This document shows, piece after piece, positions 17,869-26,820 of a stretch of DNA of 64,000 nt; position 1 is the stretch's first letter; every line of letters starts with the position of its first letter. The DNA is taken from positions 1 through 64,000 of IMG/VR virus record IMGVR_UViG_3300038426_000029; one strand, written 5' to 3'. Source of the stretch: a virus (taxonomy: Duplodnaviria; Caudoviricetes). A program made the position numbers and the translations under genes. The notes below the pieces were generated by a model that did no database searches, was not told the DNA's origin, and saw nothing but the letters and a program-made list of their open reading frames with translations.

Positions 17869-19059
17869 TTAATATTCCTGTATCTGCCCATTAGCTAACT
17901 TTTCACAGTAATCTCCAAGTCCCAGCATTTCATGGTTCACCAGATTGATTATTTCATCTTCTACTACTGTTTTGTGAACCATCAACCCATCGTGTTTTAT
18001 GTATATGATTGTCGGTTCGTTTATTGGTGTTCCAATCCTGCTAACCATCCAGACATAGACGGTACTTATCTGATTTTCCTTGAAATTCTGGTATATCTTA
18101 TCCGCAAGATAGAAACAGAAGTGATTATAGATTTTTCCGATGTGTGAGATTGAATTCTTACCACTTGCCGCCTCAACGCTCATGGGTCTGGACATTGAGA
18201 TCAAACCAACAGGATTGTTACCTCTACCAACTTGACCAGAATCACCAGATTCGGCTGATGTTCCTGTGACGGTGAGATACAAACCATTTATTCCATTATC
18301 ATATCTATCCAATGTATTGAGCCTAATTGTTGGAGTATAATCTGGATAATTCTCTCTACAGAATCTAGCTATTAATCTTGTAATCTCTTCTTTGTCCTTC
18401 CTATAAGCATACATATCTGTGATATATCTATCAATCATAGCCATTGCCACCGTGATGTCTAATTGTTTGCCGTTTCTGATAGTCATTACCTTGATGTCCT
18501 TGCCTGAGCATGGATATTGTTTCTTGAATTCTGGTGTGTTAAGATATTTCTCAAGCCCTATTGTGAGATTTTCTGTCGGTGTGAATGGTGCATACCCTAC
18601 AGCCGCAGATGTGTCGTTGGCTGGTAGAAATTCACCATTTTTAGTTCGTTCAAAAATATCATTGAGATCACCAGAGCCTTCAGCTAGGTATGAAACATAT
18701 TTCGGCATAGGGAACATATCTAAATTTGTCTTAAACCAGTTCTTGATTGTTTGCTCTATAACTGGGTGGATGTCCACTTTCTTCCCATCAATAATAGATG
18801 TTGCTCTATCACCCAAACATATCGTGGCTGGTTTTATGATCTTCCCACCACCAAAGGCTGGTTGTGTTTCACCAGCAAAGAGTGTTGCCTTATCAAAGTT
18901 GTGGTGCTGTTTCCAGTTCTTGAAGTATTCTACAGAGATTGCATCAACGATACTATTTATGATTGTATCTGGATGCCCAAAACCCTTACGTTCAACGATT
19001 TCAACGCTGTCATTTTCAACGTTTGTCACACGTACTGGCTCAATATTTATGTTGACCAT
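17869..19059 (-). CDS. mat: Archaeal-type S-adenosylmethionine synthetase
   Basis: VEIVERKGFGHPDTI, HHNFDK, ANDTS, GKDIKVM, GDSGQVGRGN, EAASGKN..SHIGKIYN. Confidence 0.95.
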   Translation of the reverse strand: MVNINIEPVRVTNVENDSVEIVERKGFGHPDTIINSIVDAISVEYFKNWKQHHNFDKATLFAGETQPAFGGGKIIKPATICLGDRATSIIDGKKVDIHPVIEQTIKNWFKTNLDMFPMPKYVSYLAEGSGDLNDIFERTKNGEFLPANDTSAAVGYAPFTPTENLTIGLEKYLNTPEFKKQYPCSGKDIKVMTIRNGKQLDITVAMAMIDRYITDMYAYRKDKEEITRLIARFCRENYPDYTPTIRLNTLDRYDNGINGLYLTVTGTSAESGDSGQVGRGNNPVGLISMSRPMSVEAASGKNSISHIGKIYNHFCFYLADKIYQNFKENQISTVYVWMVSRIGTPINEPTIIYIKHDGLMVHKTVVEDEIINLVNHEMLGLGDYCEKLANGQIQEY

Positions 19060-19114
19060 ATCGTATATGTATATAGATAATAAATATAAATGTTTGTATG
19101 TCTATGAGGAATAA

Positions 19115-19453
19115 TTATATTAATGTGTCTACATATCTCTGTATCATCTTTGTGTACACCAACATCCTTCTATCATGTCTGGTCTTACCTGTCTTGTAAT
19201 GTTGAAGATAGTGGGCAAATTCATGGGAAACATCACCAGCAATTATTTGCCTATACTTGACATATTGTATCGTGTTAGGATACACGAATTTACAGAACCT
19301 CCTATTTTGTATTTTTATGTTTGGTATAGGGACATGAAATCTCCAACACATAAAATAAGTTAATCCGATTGCCTCTATTTGAGTTATGGGCTGATCATAC
19401 TTTGTGTTAGAAAGTTTATCTCTTTCAGTCCTGTAGTATACAAGACGAGTCAA
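19115..19453 (-). CDS. Small zincin/SprT-like metalloprotein
   Basis: SHEFAHYLQH (HExxH) followed by HD. Confidence 0.6.
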   Translation of the reverse strand: MTRLVYYRTERDKLSNTKYDQPITQIEAIGLTYFMCWRFHVPIPNIKIQNRRFCKFVYPNTIQYVKYRQIIAGDVSHEFAHYLQHYKTGKTRHDRRMLVYTKMIQRYVDTLI

Positions 19454-19638
19454 AGTTTGTCACTCTTGTAGGAACACCTGATACAAACATTATCGAATGT
19501 ATATCCATCAAAGAACCTACAAAGGTTACAGGTCTTTCCTATTAGAACCTGCGTACCTAATTTCGGGCACTCAACCAATGGTATCCGAATAACTTCCAGA
19601 GATTCAAATTTTGGCTTTGGCATGTGTACCATACACAT
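19450..19638 (-). CDS. Small Cys-rich hypothetical protein
   Basis: CPK...CNLC...C; start trimmed to ATG just downstream of TATA at about 19653; track start 19827 overlaps the GT gene. Confidence 0.45.
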   Translation of the reverse strand: MCMVHMPKPKFESLEVIRIPLVECPKLGTQVLIGKTCNLCRFFDGYTFDNVCIRCSYKSDKL

Positions 19639-19670
19639 AGATACATATCTCTTATATAAATCTTCCGAAC

Positions 19671-20630
19671 CTAAGAATCTTGTATAATGGCTTTTATATA
19701 TCCAATTCCGAAATAAAAGCCAAGAATGATAGCAACTCTTAGTACTGTATAATTGTGATGGTTCTTTAAATCTACACTCATAATTGTAAAAATTAAGCCC
19801 CAGCTTCCAAAGAAAGCACCAATACAATCAATCAGTGGTCTTGTTCCAATAAAATACGGTATGAAGAAAAACACAGGACTTAGAAGAATTAATAATGATG
19901 GCAGAGAACGGGATGGAAGATAGAAATGTTTTACCCTCAACATCCTACCCCAACTCCAACCATAGCCAAAAATTTGCTTTTGGAATTGTTTTATTGTCTT
20001 TCTTTCGTGATGTATTACTGGTGAGTTTGGGACACCTAATAATCTATATCCTCTCTTACGTAGTCTATAATTCATCTCATAGTCTTCTGCACCACCAATA
20101 TCCTCATTAAATCCATCAACATCTGCTATTGCTTTTGTTCTATATACACTGTTATATCCGGGTAGGCTATTGACATATGTGAAATCATCATATTTTTGCG
20201 AGTGATTAGAAGCAAGTTTCATTACAGAATTTATTGCTTGTGAAAGTTCTGAGGAAGCGTCTGGTACACAACCAGAAGATATTCCTGCAATTGGCATTTC
20301 ACCAAAATTGTTTAGATCAGAAAACATCTCTTCCATATCATCTGCCCAAGTGTGTGGAACTTCCGTATCGCTGTCTAGGAAGGCAACAAGATCGGATGTA
20401 ACGTGCATGAGTCCTTGATTACAGGCAACTGCACGTTTACTTCCCTTTCCAAGAGACTTGGGTTCATCATAGATTTCACAGCCATATTTTTTGGCAATTT
20501 CCAGAGTTTTATCAGTTGAACAACCATCAACAATTATGATCCTGACAGGAATGGTTTGTTGTCTCAGTGATTTGAGACAGACTTCAAGTGTTCCTTCAGA
20601 ATTTTTTGTGGGTATAATTACATCAATCAT
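19671..20630 (-). CDS. Family 2 glycosyltransferase with C-terminal TM helices
   Basis: VIIPTKN, IIIVDGCSTD, FLDSD (DxD), GFNE...AEDYEM. Confidence 0.92.
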   Translation of the reverse strand: MIDVIIPTKNSEGTLEVCLKSLRQQTIPVRIIIVDGCSTDKTLEIAKKYGCEIYDEPKSLGKGSKRAVACNQGLMHVTSDLVAFLDSDTEVPHTWADDMEEMFSDLNNFGEMPIAGISSGCVPDASSELSQAINSVMKLASNHSQKYDDFTYVNSLPGYNSVYRTKAIADVDGFNEDIGGAEDYEMNYRLRKRGYRLLGVPNSPVIHHERKTIKQFQKQIFGYGWSWGRMLRVKHFYLPSRSLPSLLILLSPVFFFIPYFIGTRPLIDCIGAFFGSWGLIFTIMSVDLKNHHNYTVLRVAIILGFYFGIGYIKAIIQDS

Positions 20631-20631
20631 T

Positions 20632-20820
20632 TTAATCAGTCACATCTGGTGTTATCATAAAAGCCGCACAACCAAAGCCAAAAGAAATTTGTACTATAAT
20701 AACCGAATTAACTAATATACCAGCCATAACACCAATTGCTGAAATAATAGTTGTTTTAATTATCCATTGATACCATTTCATCACAAATACACCAACAACT
20801 TTGGTATGAATATTATACAT
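20632..20820 (-). CDS. Small membrane protein
   Basis: 62 aa, hydrophobic; true start probably later. Confidence 0.4.
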   Translation of the reverse strand: MYNIHTKVVGVFVMKWYQWIIKTTIISAIGVMAGILVNSVIIVQISFGFGCAAFMITPDVTD

Positions 20821-21128
20821 CCCACGAAGAATGTAAATATTGTGAATAGTAAAACAGCACCAGAACTAATATCCTTAATAATTTTTATTTGTGGATTGGG
20901 ATTTGGATCAATCATGTTGCATATTGCTTCTACGCAAGTATTCATCATTTCTAGTGCCATTAACATAGATGAACATATAAGAACAGCTATCCATTCCATT
21001 GGAGATGCACCAAACATAAAACACATAATAAATGTAATGGTTGTAAACGTAAGCAATAATAGTAGTTTGCTATTCACCAATGCTAACAATATTCCGTTTA
21101 ATCCGTATTTGAACATACAATACTCCAC
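20781..21128 (-). CDS. dgkA: DgkA-family diacylglycerol/undecaprenol kinase
   Basis: LEMMNTCVEAICN and IKIIKDISSGAVL signature; three TM helices. Confidence 0.88.
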   Translation of the reverse strand: MEYCMFKYGLNGILLALVNSKLLLLLTFTTITFIMCFMFGASPMEWIAVLICSSMLMALEMMNTCVEAICNMIDPNPNPQIKIIKDISSGAVLLFTIFTFFVGCIIFIPKLLVYL

Positions 21129-21511
21129 CAGTTTTTAAGTCTATATATTAAAGACAGAGACATAACACCATTATAATGATTAAATATTATATCCAAAAAA
21201 ATATGTATGAAATATCCAGCACCAAAATAAACAATATATTGATTATGAATAAAAAACATCAAACCAATAACAATTAACATAAATTCATAACTATGAAGAG
21301 GCAATATATAATGTGGTCTATCTGCAAGACCATCTGAGAGTTCTCTAAGTGAATATGTTGGTTTCCTATACCTGAGATAATAATCGAAACAATGATCAAA
21401 ATCTATCAACACACCACCAATAAAGAATGGAATTAAAAGATATAGATTATCCTTCGGTGCAAAGAATAGGAAAATTGCTATTATGATTATTGCATGGTGT
21501 GAGAAGTACAA
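21098..21511 (-). CDS. Membrane metal-dependent hydrolase (YdjM/DUF457-like)
   Basis: SHH...GGVLIDFDH...LHSY...GYFIHIFLD conserved His/Asp pattern. Confidence 0.65.
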   Translation of the reverse strand: MYFSHHAIIIIAIFLFFAPKDNLYLLIPFFIGGVLIDFDHCFDYYLRYRKPTYSLRELSDGLADRPHYILPLHSYEFMLIVIGLMFFIHNQYIVYFGAGYFIHIFLDIIFNHYNGVMSLSLIYRLKNWWSIVCSNTD

Positions 21512-21516
21512 ATAAG

Positions 21517-22380
21517 TTATACACCCTTCATAATTTCCATAGTTAGTGTAATGCCCATTTCCAAATCGTGAAGTGGCACAAACCCAAGTTTCACAATTTT
21601 ATCTATATTGTACCAAGACCTTTTTAGATCAAAAGCAGACATCTCATATGGAACAAAAACTATTTTAGCATCCGTTTGTCTGGATATAATTTCTGCAACA
21701 TCAAGCACACTTGACTCAACACCTGTACCAATATTGTATGTTTCACCACGTATGCCATCTTCTAACACAAGTTGAAGCCCATCAAGGGCATCATCTATGT
21801 AGATCATATCCCTTGTTTGCTTACCATCACCATAAACTGTGAGAGGTTCACCTTTTAATGCCTTGTTGATGAAAATGTTTACTGGTCCCTCAGTTCTATT
21901 CGGTCCATAGACACTACTGAAACGGATAATCCTTGCATTTACATTCTTCGTAATAACCCATTTTCTTAGGTATTGTTCTGCGGCATACTTGGATATTCCA
22001 TAGTTGCTGACAGGTATACACATTGAATATTCTGAGTGTGGTACATTTGAAAGTCCATAAACAGCACCAGAAGAGGTGTAGACCATCGGAATATCTGTAC
22101 CTTCCAAACATTTTAGAAGGTTGATCATCCCAAACTCGTTTATCTTTATGTCCATTTCTGGATTTTGTTCTCCGGGTTTGAGAAAGGCTTGGGCACAAAT
22201 ATGATAGACCTGATCTGGATCAAATTTATAAAAAACATCCATCAACCTATCACCATCTGTGATGTCATATCTTTCATCGTGTTTTATGTCGTAATTAAAG
22301 ACATCGTGACCTTGGCTCTTTAGTCTTTCGACTAGAGCATTTCCTACAAATCCAGAACCGCCTGTTACAAGTATTCTCAA
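21517..22380 (-). CDS. NAD-dependent nucleotide-sugar epimerase/dehydratase
   Basis: RILVTGGSGFVG, SSGAVYG, YGISK (YxxxK); TTG start at 22380 overlaps upstream TGA. Confidence 0.92.
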   Translation of the reverse strand: MRILVTGGSGFVGNALVERLKSQGHDVFNYDIKHDERYDITDGDRLMDVFYKFDPDQVYHICAQAFLKPGEQNPEMDIKINEFGMINLLKCLEGTDIPMVYTSSGAVYGLSNVPHSEYSMCIPVSNYGISKYAAEQYLRKWVITKNVNARIIRFSSVYGPNRTEGPVNIFINKALKGEPLTVYGDGKQTRDMIYIDDALDGLQLVLEDGIRGETYNIGTGVESSVLDVAEIISRQTDAKIVFVPYEMSAFDLKRSWYNIDKIVKLGFVPLHDLEMGITLTMEIMKGV

Positions 22381-23177
22381 TATATTTTCATCCTCACTTT
22401 TAATGCAACTTCCTCTGCCACAGGACAGGAACATGCATACTTTTTATAATATTTGTTTTGGTAAACCGTCTTTGGATAGTAACCATCCTTTGGACTGAGC
22501 ATACCCAATTCAGATTCGATAGCTATTTTGTGTAAACGCAAGTTTGTCAGACCTATGAAGGCACATAACCTTGGCATCTTGTAGTTGTAGCCTTCCATGA
22601 CTTTTTCACCGTTCTCATCGAATCCATGATTGCGAATCATTCTAGCTTTTTTATCTATGTCAGGATCGTCTGTAACCAAAGCACCACCCTCAAATGTCCA
22701 CAGGTTTTTTGAGGCATAAAAACTGAATGTGCCAACATCACCAATTGAACCTGCCCTTCTACCATCCTTGACTTTTGCACCAAAGGCTTGAGAGGCATCT
22801 TCAATGAACTTCACGGCTGAGTTGTCACAAATCTTCCTGATTTCGAGAAGGTTTTCTGTATTACCAAAGAGATCGACATTGAGAATCGTGCTAATACGAT
22901 TGTTTTCTTCCAGCTTTTTCTGTACAAGTTCTGGATCAAGACATAGAGTTTTTCTATCTATATCAACGAATATAGGCTTTCTACCTATCTGAAGAATTGG
23001 GTCAACGGTTGCTATGAATGTAAAGGGTGTGGTTATTACATCTGCCCAAGTGTCAGATGCAATTAAAGCAGTATGAATGGCAGATGTTCCATTTGAAACA
23101 GCAACGACATATTTAGTACCAATATATTTGGCAATCTCTTCCTCAAATAGCTTGATAACGTCATCAAACTCGTTCAA
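22377..23177 (-). CDS. DegT/DnrJ/EryC1/StrS PLP-dependent sugar aminotransferase
   Basis: VAVSNGTSAIH, TPFTFIAT, IEDASQAFGA, FSFYASKN..TFEGG, GYNYKM. Confidence 0.93.
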   Translation of the reverse strand: MNEFDDVIKLFEEEIAKYIGTKYVVAVSNGTSAIHTALIASDTWADVITTPFTFIATVDPILQIGRKPIFVDIDRKTLCLDPELVQKKLEENNRISTILNVDLFGNTENLLEIRKICDNSAVKFIEDASQAFGAKVKDGRRAGSIGDVGTFSFYASKNLWTFEGGALVTDDPDIDKKARMIRNHGFDENGEKVMEGYNYKMPRLCAFIGLTNLRLHKIAIESELGMLSPKDGYYPKTVYQNKYYKKYACSCPVAEEVALKVRMKIY

Positions 23178-23614
23178 TGTGATTCCTCATATATTTTCTT
23201 TTTAGCAAAGTATTTATTAATATCATATTTATATTTTGCTGGATTTCCAAAGTAAACCCCCTTATTATAGAGGGATTTTGTGACAACAGCAGACCCACCA
23301 ACAACAATTCCACTGGAAACTCTTATACCCGGAAATATTGTGCAACTACCGCCAAGTACAACATCATCTTCAATTGTTGGGGGTAAATTCTTACTACTTG
23401 GTGGATATTTGTCATTTAAGAATGTAACGTTTGGACCGATAAAAACCCTGTTACCAATTTTAGTTCCGTTTGGTATTGATACTCTACATTGAATGTTGCA
23501 ATCTTCACCAATCTCAACATCTGTACCGATGTCACAAAAAGCACCGATTTTTGTTCCCTTTCCTATAGATTTTGCCCTATTCACCGTTGGCTCATAGATA
23601 ATAGGATCAGACAT
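23174..23614 (-). CDS. Hexapeptide-repeat N-acetyltransferase (WbpD/WlbB-like)
   Basis: IGKGTKIG, VFIGPNVTFLNDKYP, VTKS...GNPA. Confidence 0.9.
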   Translation of the reverse strand: MSDPIIYEPTVNRAKSIGKGTKIGAFCDIGTDVEIGEDCNIQCRVSIPNGTKIGNRVFIGPNVTFLNDKYPPSSKNLPPTIEDDVVLGGSCTIFPGIRVSSGIVVGGSAVVTKSLYNKGVYFGNPAKYKYDINKYFAKKKIYEESH

Positions 23615-23740
23615 TGATTTACACCAATATTACGTTGTGGTTGATTTATAAATGTTATGGACACCGAAACACTTATAAACTCTCCTAAAAACAGTTCTGT
23701 GGGAATCCCCGTCTAAACGGAATCCTAAAGGTAAAACAAA

Positions 23741-24079
23741 ATGTCAAATAACGATTTTGATTTTCCATATTTCTCTGAAATTATGGATAATGAAGAAACA
23801 AAGGTATATGATGAGGTTTGCAAGTTGCCAACACTCAAACTTTTTGAAGAGTTTGACAAGACTATGGAAAATAGTGAGAACATCAAAAACAGAACTAGAT
23901 ATGATGTTATCAGAGGTGTGATAGCTGATAGGTTGGGACTTTTCCACAGGGATGTTGCTGGTCCTGCCATTGCTGGTGAAATAGCTGAGGCTAATGATAA
24001 AATAGAAGAGTTAGATCGTAAGTTCAAAAACCACAGACATGATACATCCAAGTCCTATTCAGGCAAATCAGAGTGGTGA
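23741..24079 (+). CDS. Hypothetical coiled-coil protein
   Basis: 112 aa, opposite strand within the glycan cluster; AAGGT RBS. Confidence 0.65.
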   Translation: MSNNDFDFPYFSEIMDNEETKVYDEVCKLPTLKLFEEFDKTMENSENIKNRTRYDVIRGVIADRLGLFHRDVAGPAIAGEIAEANDKIEELDRKFKNHRHDTSKSYSGKSEW

Positions 24080-24082
24080 CGG

Positions 24083-24247
24083 TTGGAAAAAACAGCACTT
24101 TACTGGATTGATAAAGCCATAAAAATAATCCTGTTCGTTCCAATTTTTATTATTTTACTTTTTGCTGATTATATGTTCTATCCAAATCAACAGCGATATG
24201 ATGTGGTTGAGGTATTGAAAGAGTGGTGGAATCAGACACCACAGTGA
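24083..24247 (+). CDS. Small single-TM protein (54 aa)
   Basis: Manual translation MEKTALYWIDKAIKIILFVPIFIILL...; GGTGA RBS before TTG. Confidence 0.5.
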   Translation: MEKTALYWIDKAIKIILFVPIFIILLFADYMFYPNQQRYDVVEVLKEWWNQTPQ

Positions 24248-24250
24248 TAA

Positions 24251-24841
24251 TCACCACCTGTGCATTATTGATACATTTACACTTCTCTGATGCTCAAAAA
24301 CGTTTTTGCCAACAAATCCATTAGCTATGAATTTATCAACAAGATACCCAGTATGAACCTCTATCACACATGGTGTGTGGTAATTTTTGAGTATGTCACC
24401 ATCAAGTAAACCGCCCTCATAACCTTCTATGTCCATCTCCATAAAATGGTGGGGTATTGAGAGCATATCAACTGAAAATGGTTTGCCTATAACGATGATG
24501 GGGTGAGTTTGGGCATTTTCTTTGAGGTATTTTAATGCAACAGGTTCCATTTCGACAGCTATTACCTGTTTAGCACCAAGTTCTTCTATATAGAATTTGG
24601 AAGTTTCTCCACACCCTGCACCAACATTTAGAACAGTTTTGCCAACTAGGGAAAATGGAGGTTTATAAAGTTTTCTCCATACAGGAAGTTCCCTATAATA
24701 TAAATTCTCGAATTCTGGTGAAAAAGACCAGCCTTTCAAACTAGACCTGCGGAACAACATCTTCCAAGGTATGGGTTGCCCATATGCAGTAAGATGAAGG
24801 GGCAATCCTGTATATTTAATTCCTAATTTATTTGTTTTCAT
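24251..24841 (-). CDS. FkbM-like class I SAM methyltransferase
   Basis: VLNVGAGCG, VIAVEMEP, MDIEGYE. Confidence 0.8.
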   Translation of the reverse strand: MKTNKLGIKYTGLPLHLTAYGQPIPWKMLFRRSSLKGWSFSPEFENLYYRELPVWRKLYKPPFSLVGKTVLNVGAGCGETSKFYIEELGAKQVIAVEMEPVALKYLKENAQTHPIIVIGKPFSVDMLSIPHHFMEMDIEGYEGGLLDGDILKNYHTPCVIEVHTGYLVDKFIANGFVGKNVFEHQRSVNVSIMHRW

Positions 24842-24965
24842 TTATTTTACTTCCGCTTTCCGCTTTAATTTCCGCTTTACGCTTCCGGTTCCGAGTTCAC
24901 GCTTGGTTGGTTCCAATCAACTAGCATTTTTATGTAGTATATATAAATAGAAGTGTTTATAAATG

Positions 24966-25667
24966 TTATTCTTTTTTACAGACAATTACTTTGTCATAAC
25001 AGAATTCGGTTAAGAACCTATTTTTATATGTCTTGTTTTCTACCTTATTATATAGGGATGTACTCACTTTTATTATATTATCAGGTCTTGAATTTTTTCC
25101 GAATATGGCTTTGTAAAATATAGAAAGTAGTCTAGGTATAAAATTTAGGTTATATCCATATAATTGTTCTATTTTGAATTTATTTAGCATACTTTTAGCT
25201 TGTGTGTTTGTATAATAGTGTGTTTTTTGGTTATATTCTGAATATTGTGATTGTAAGTTATTGGTATAAGTATTGATTTTTAATAAATTTTCAAGGTCTA
25301 TCAATAGTCTGTAGGCAGATAATGATGATTGAAAACTAATCACCAAAAATGAGCCTTTTTTTAAGACTCTGTAAAATTCATCAATCGCTTTTTGATCTTT
25401 TTCAACATATCCAATAACCAAAATACAGAAAACAAAATCAAATGTATTGTCTCTAAATGGCAAATTTTCTATAGAAGACTGTATAAAAGGTATATTTTCA
25501 ATATCTTTTGGCACTAAAACATCAACTGGAATAACGGAATAACCCATATTCATCAGATATTTTGTATATTTTAAATCACCAGCACCAGCATCCAGAATAA
25601 TATCTGAAGATTTTGCTAATTCTAACAGTTTCTTTAATGATGGATTTCCTATAATATTAATCAACAC
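24966..25667 (-). CDS. Class I SAM methyltransferase (Methyltransf_11)
   Basis: ILDAGAG, IENLPFRDNTFDFV, RVLKKG. Confidence 0.88.
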   Translation of the reverse strand: MLINIIGNPSLKKLLELAKSSDIILDAGAGDLKYTKYLMNMGYSVIPVDVLVPKDIENIPFIQSSIENLPFRDNTFDFVFCILVIGYVEKDQKAIDEFYRVLKKGSFLVISFQSSLSAYRLLIDLENLLKINTYTNNLQSQYSEYNQKTHYYTNTQAKSMLNKFKIEQLYGYNLNFIPRLLSIFYKAIFGKNSRPDNIIKVSTSLYNKVENKTYKNRFLTEFCYDKVIVCKKE

Positions 25668-26299
25668 CTTAATTTATTTACTTTCCATGCAATAATAGTT
25701 CTTAATATACTTTTATTGTGTGGTTTAAAAAAGTTTATAATGGTCATAACACTAGATACAATCATATACTCTAAACCACTCCAATAAATCCTGTTTATTA
25801 TCTTTGTATTAAAACCAAGTTTCTTAAAGTCTGTATCATACCATATAGATTTGTGATAATCAATAACATCATCACCCACTCTCGATAATGTATTACCATA
25901 TGGACATACAAATATAACAAGTTTGGCTTTATCTCTAAGATATTCAATCATTTTTAATACTTTTTCTTTATCCTCAATATGTTCTATAACTTCTGTACAT
26001 ATTATAATATCTAAATCTTTTATGATATTCTCTGGATATGGTATATTTATGGCATCATATAGATATACCTCTCTGATAAATGGCATCCACTTTTTTGCAA
26101 AATCTACATTGATTGGGTCTACATCTATACCAACAATATATGGTTCTCCACTAATTTTCTGGTTTCGATTTGCAAAAGACACTATTGTATGTGAAATCTG
26201 CCCACAACCAAAGCCAATATCCAGAATACGTGCCCCCTGAATATTTGCTGGTAATAAGTCAAGAATCGAATCTATATCGTGAAATGTACCATGTGCCAT
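25661..26299 (-). CDS. Class I SAM methyltransferase
   Basis: ILDIGFGCG, VGID, DIIICTEVIEHIE. Confidence 0.85.
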   Translation of the reverse strand: MAHGTFHDIDSILDLLPANIQGARILDIGFGCGQISHTIVSFANRNQKISGEPYIVGIDVDPINVDFAKKWMPFIREVYLYDAINIPYPENIIKDLDIIICTEVIEHIEDKEKVLKMIEYLRDKAKLVIFVCPYGNTLSRVGDDVIDYHKSIWYDTDFKKLGFNTKIINRIYWSGLEYMIVSSVMTIINFFKPHNKSILRTIIAWKVNKLRC

Positions 26300-26304
26300 T
26301 TACA

Positions 26305-26820
26305 TCATCCACTTGATTGCTGTTTTTCCTTACTTTTTTCTTTTGTTTCATAAATGAAATCAATATATGTACTAATTCTATATGGTCTATCAATGTGCCA
26401 AATTGGTAGTTCACCCTCTTTTAATATTGGTTTGTGTCCTTCATAATAATCTACATCATAGTGCCAAGTATCCATACTCTGAGTTAATGGTGGTTCCCAT
26501 AGCCTTTTTCTATCTGGTCCACGCTTACCGATGTGAATGTGCCTTCTAACATCTTTTTCGTGTTCCCTCAGATATATCACAGATCGTGGTTTGACTTTAG
26601 ACACATCATCACGTATTCCGAACACAGTTTCCACACCAAGCATCTGATTGAGTTTAGATACAGTCTCAACATATTTATCCGTTTCGGTATAAACTTCCTC
26701 AACATACTTTGGTCTTAAATGAAGTACCCTACATACAGAATAAACAATGAGTTTTATGCCCCTTTGCATAGCATATATGTAGTCCAAGTCTGGATTGTCC
26801 CAATCGAATAGAACTTTCAT
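26305..26820 (-). CDS. Hypothetical protein, possibly deacetylase-like
   Basis: VLFDWD, HIH and IWH could be metal ligands; weak. Confidence 0.45.
   Translation of the reverse strand: MKVLFDWDNPDLDYIYAMQRGIKLIVYSVCRVLHLRPKYVEEVYTETDKYVETVSKLNQMLGVETVFGIRDDVSKVKPRSVIYLREHEKDVRRHIHIGKRGPDRKRLWEPPLTQSMDTWHYDVDYYEGHKPILKEGELPIWHIDRPYRISTYIDFIYETKEKSKEKQQSSG

Noticed and set aside
18419-19114. 231-aa plus-strand ORF, and similar long antisense ORFs (9742-10185, 11743-12291, 58048-58542, 59158-59901)
   Set aside because: They lie antisense to well-supported genes, have no motifs or RBS, and are best explained as shadows of codon bias.
26305-26820. Firm polysaccharide deacetylase call
   Set aside because: Only scattered D/H residues resemble NodB motifs and the protein is short; kept as hypothetical.
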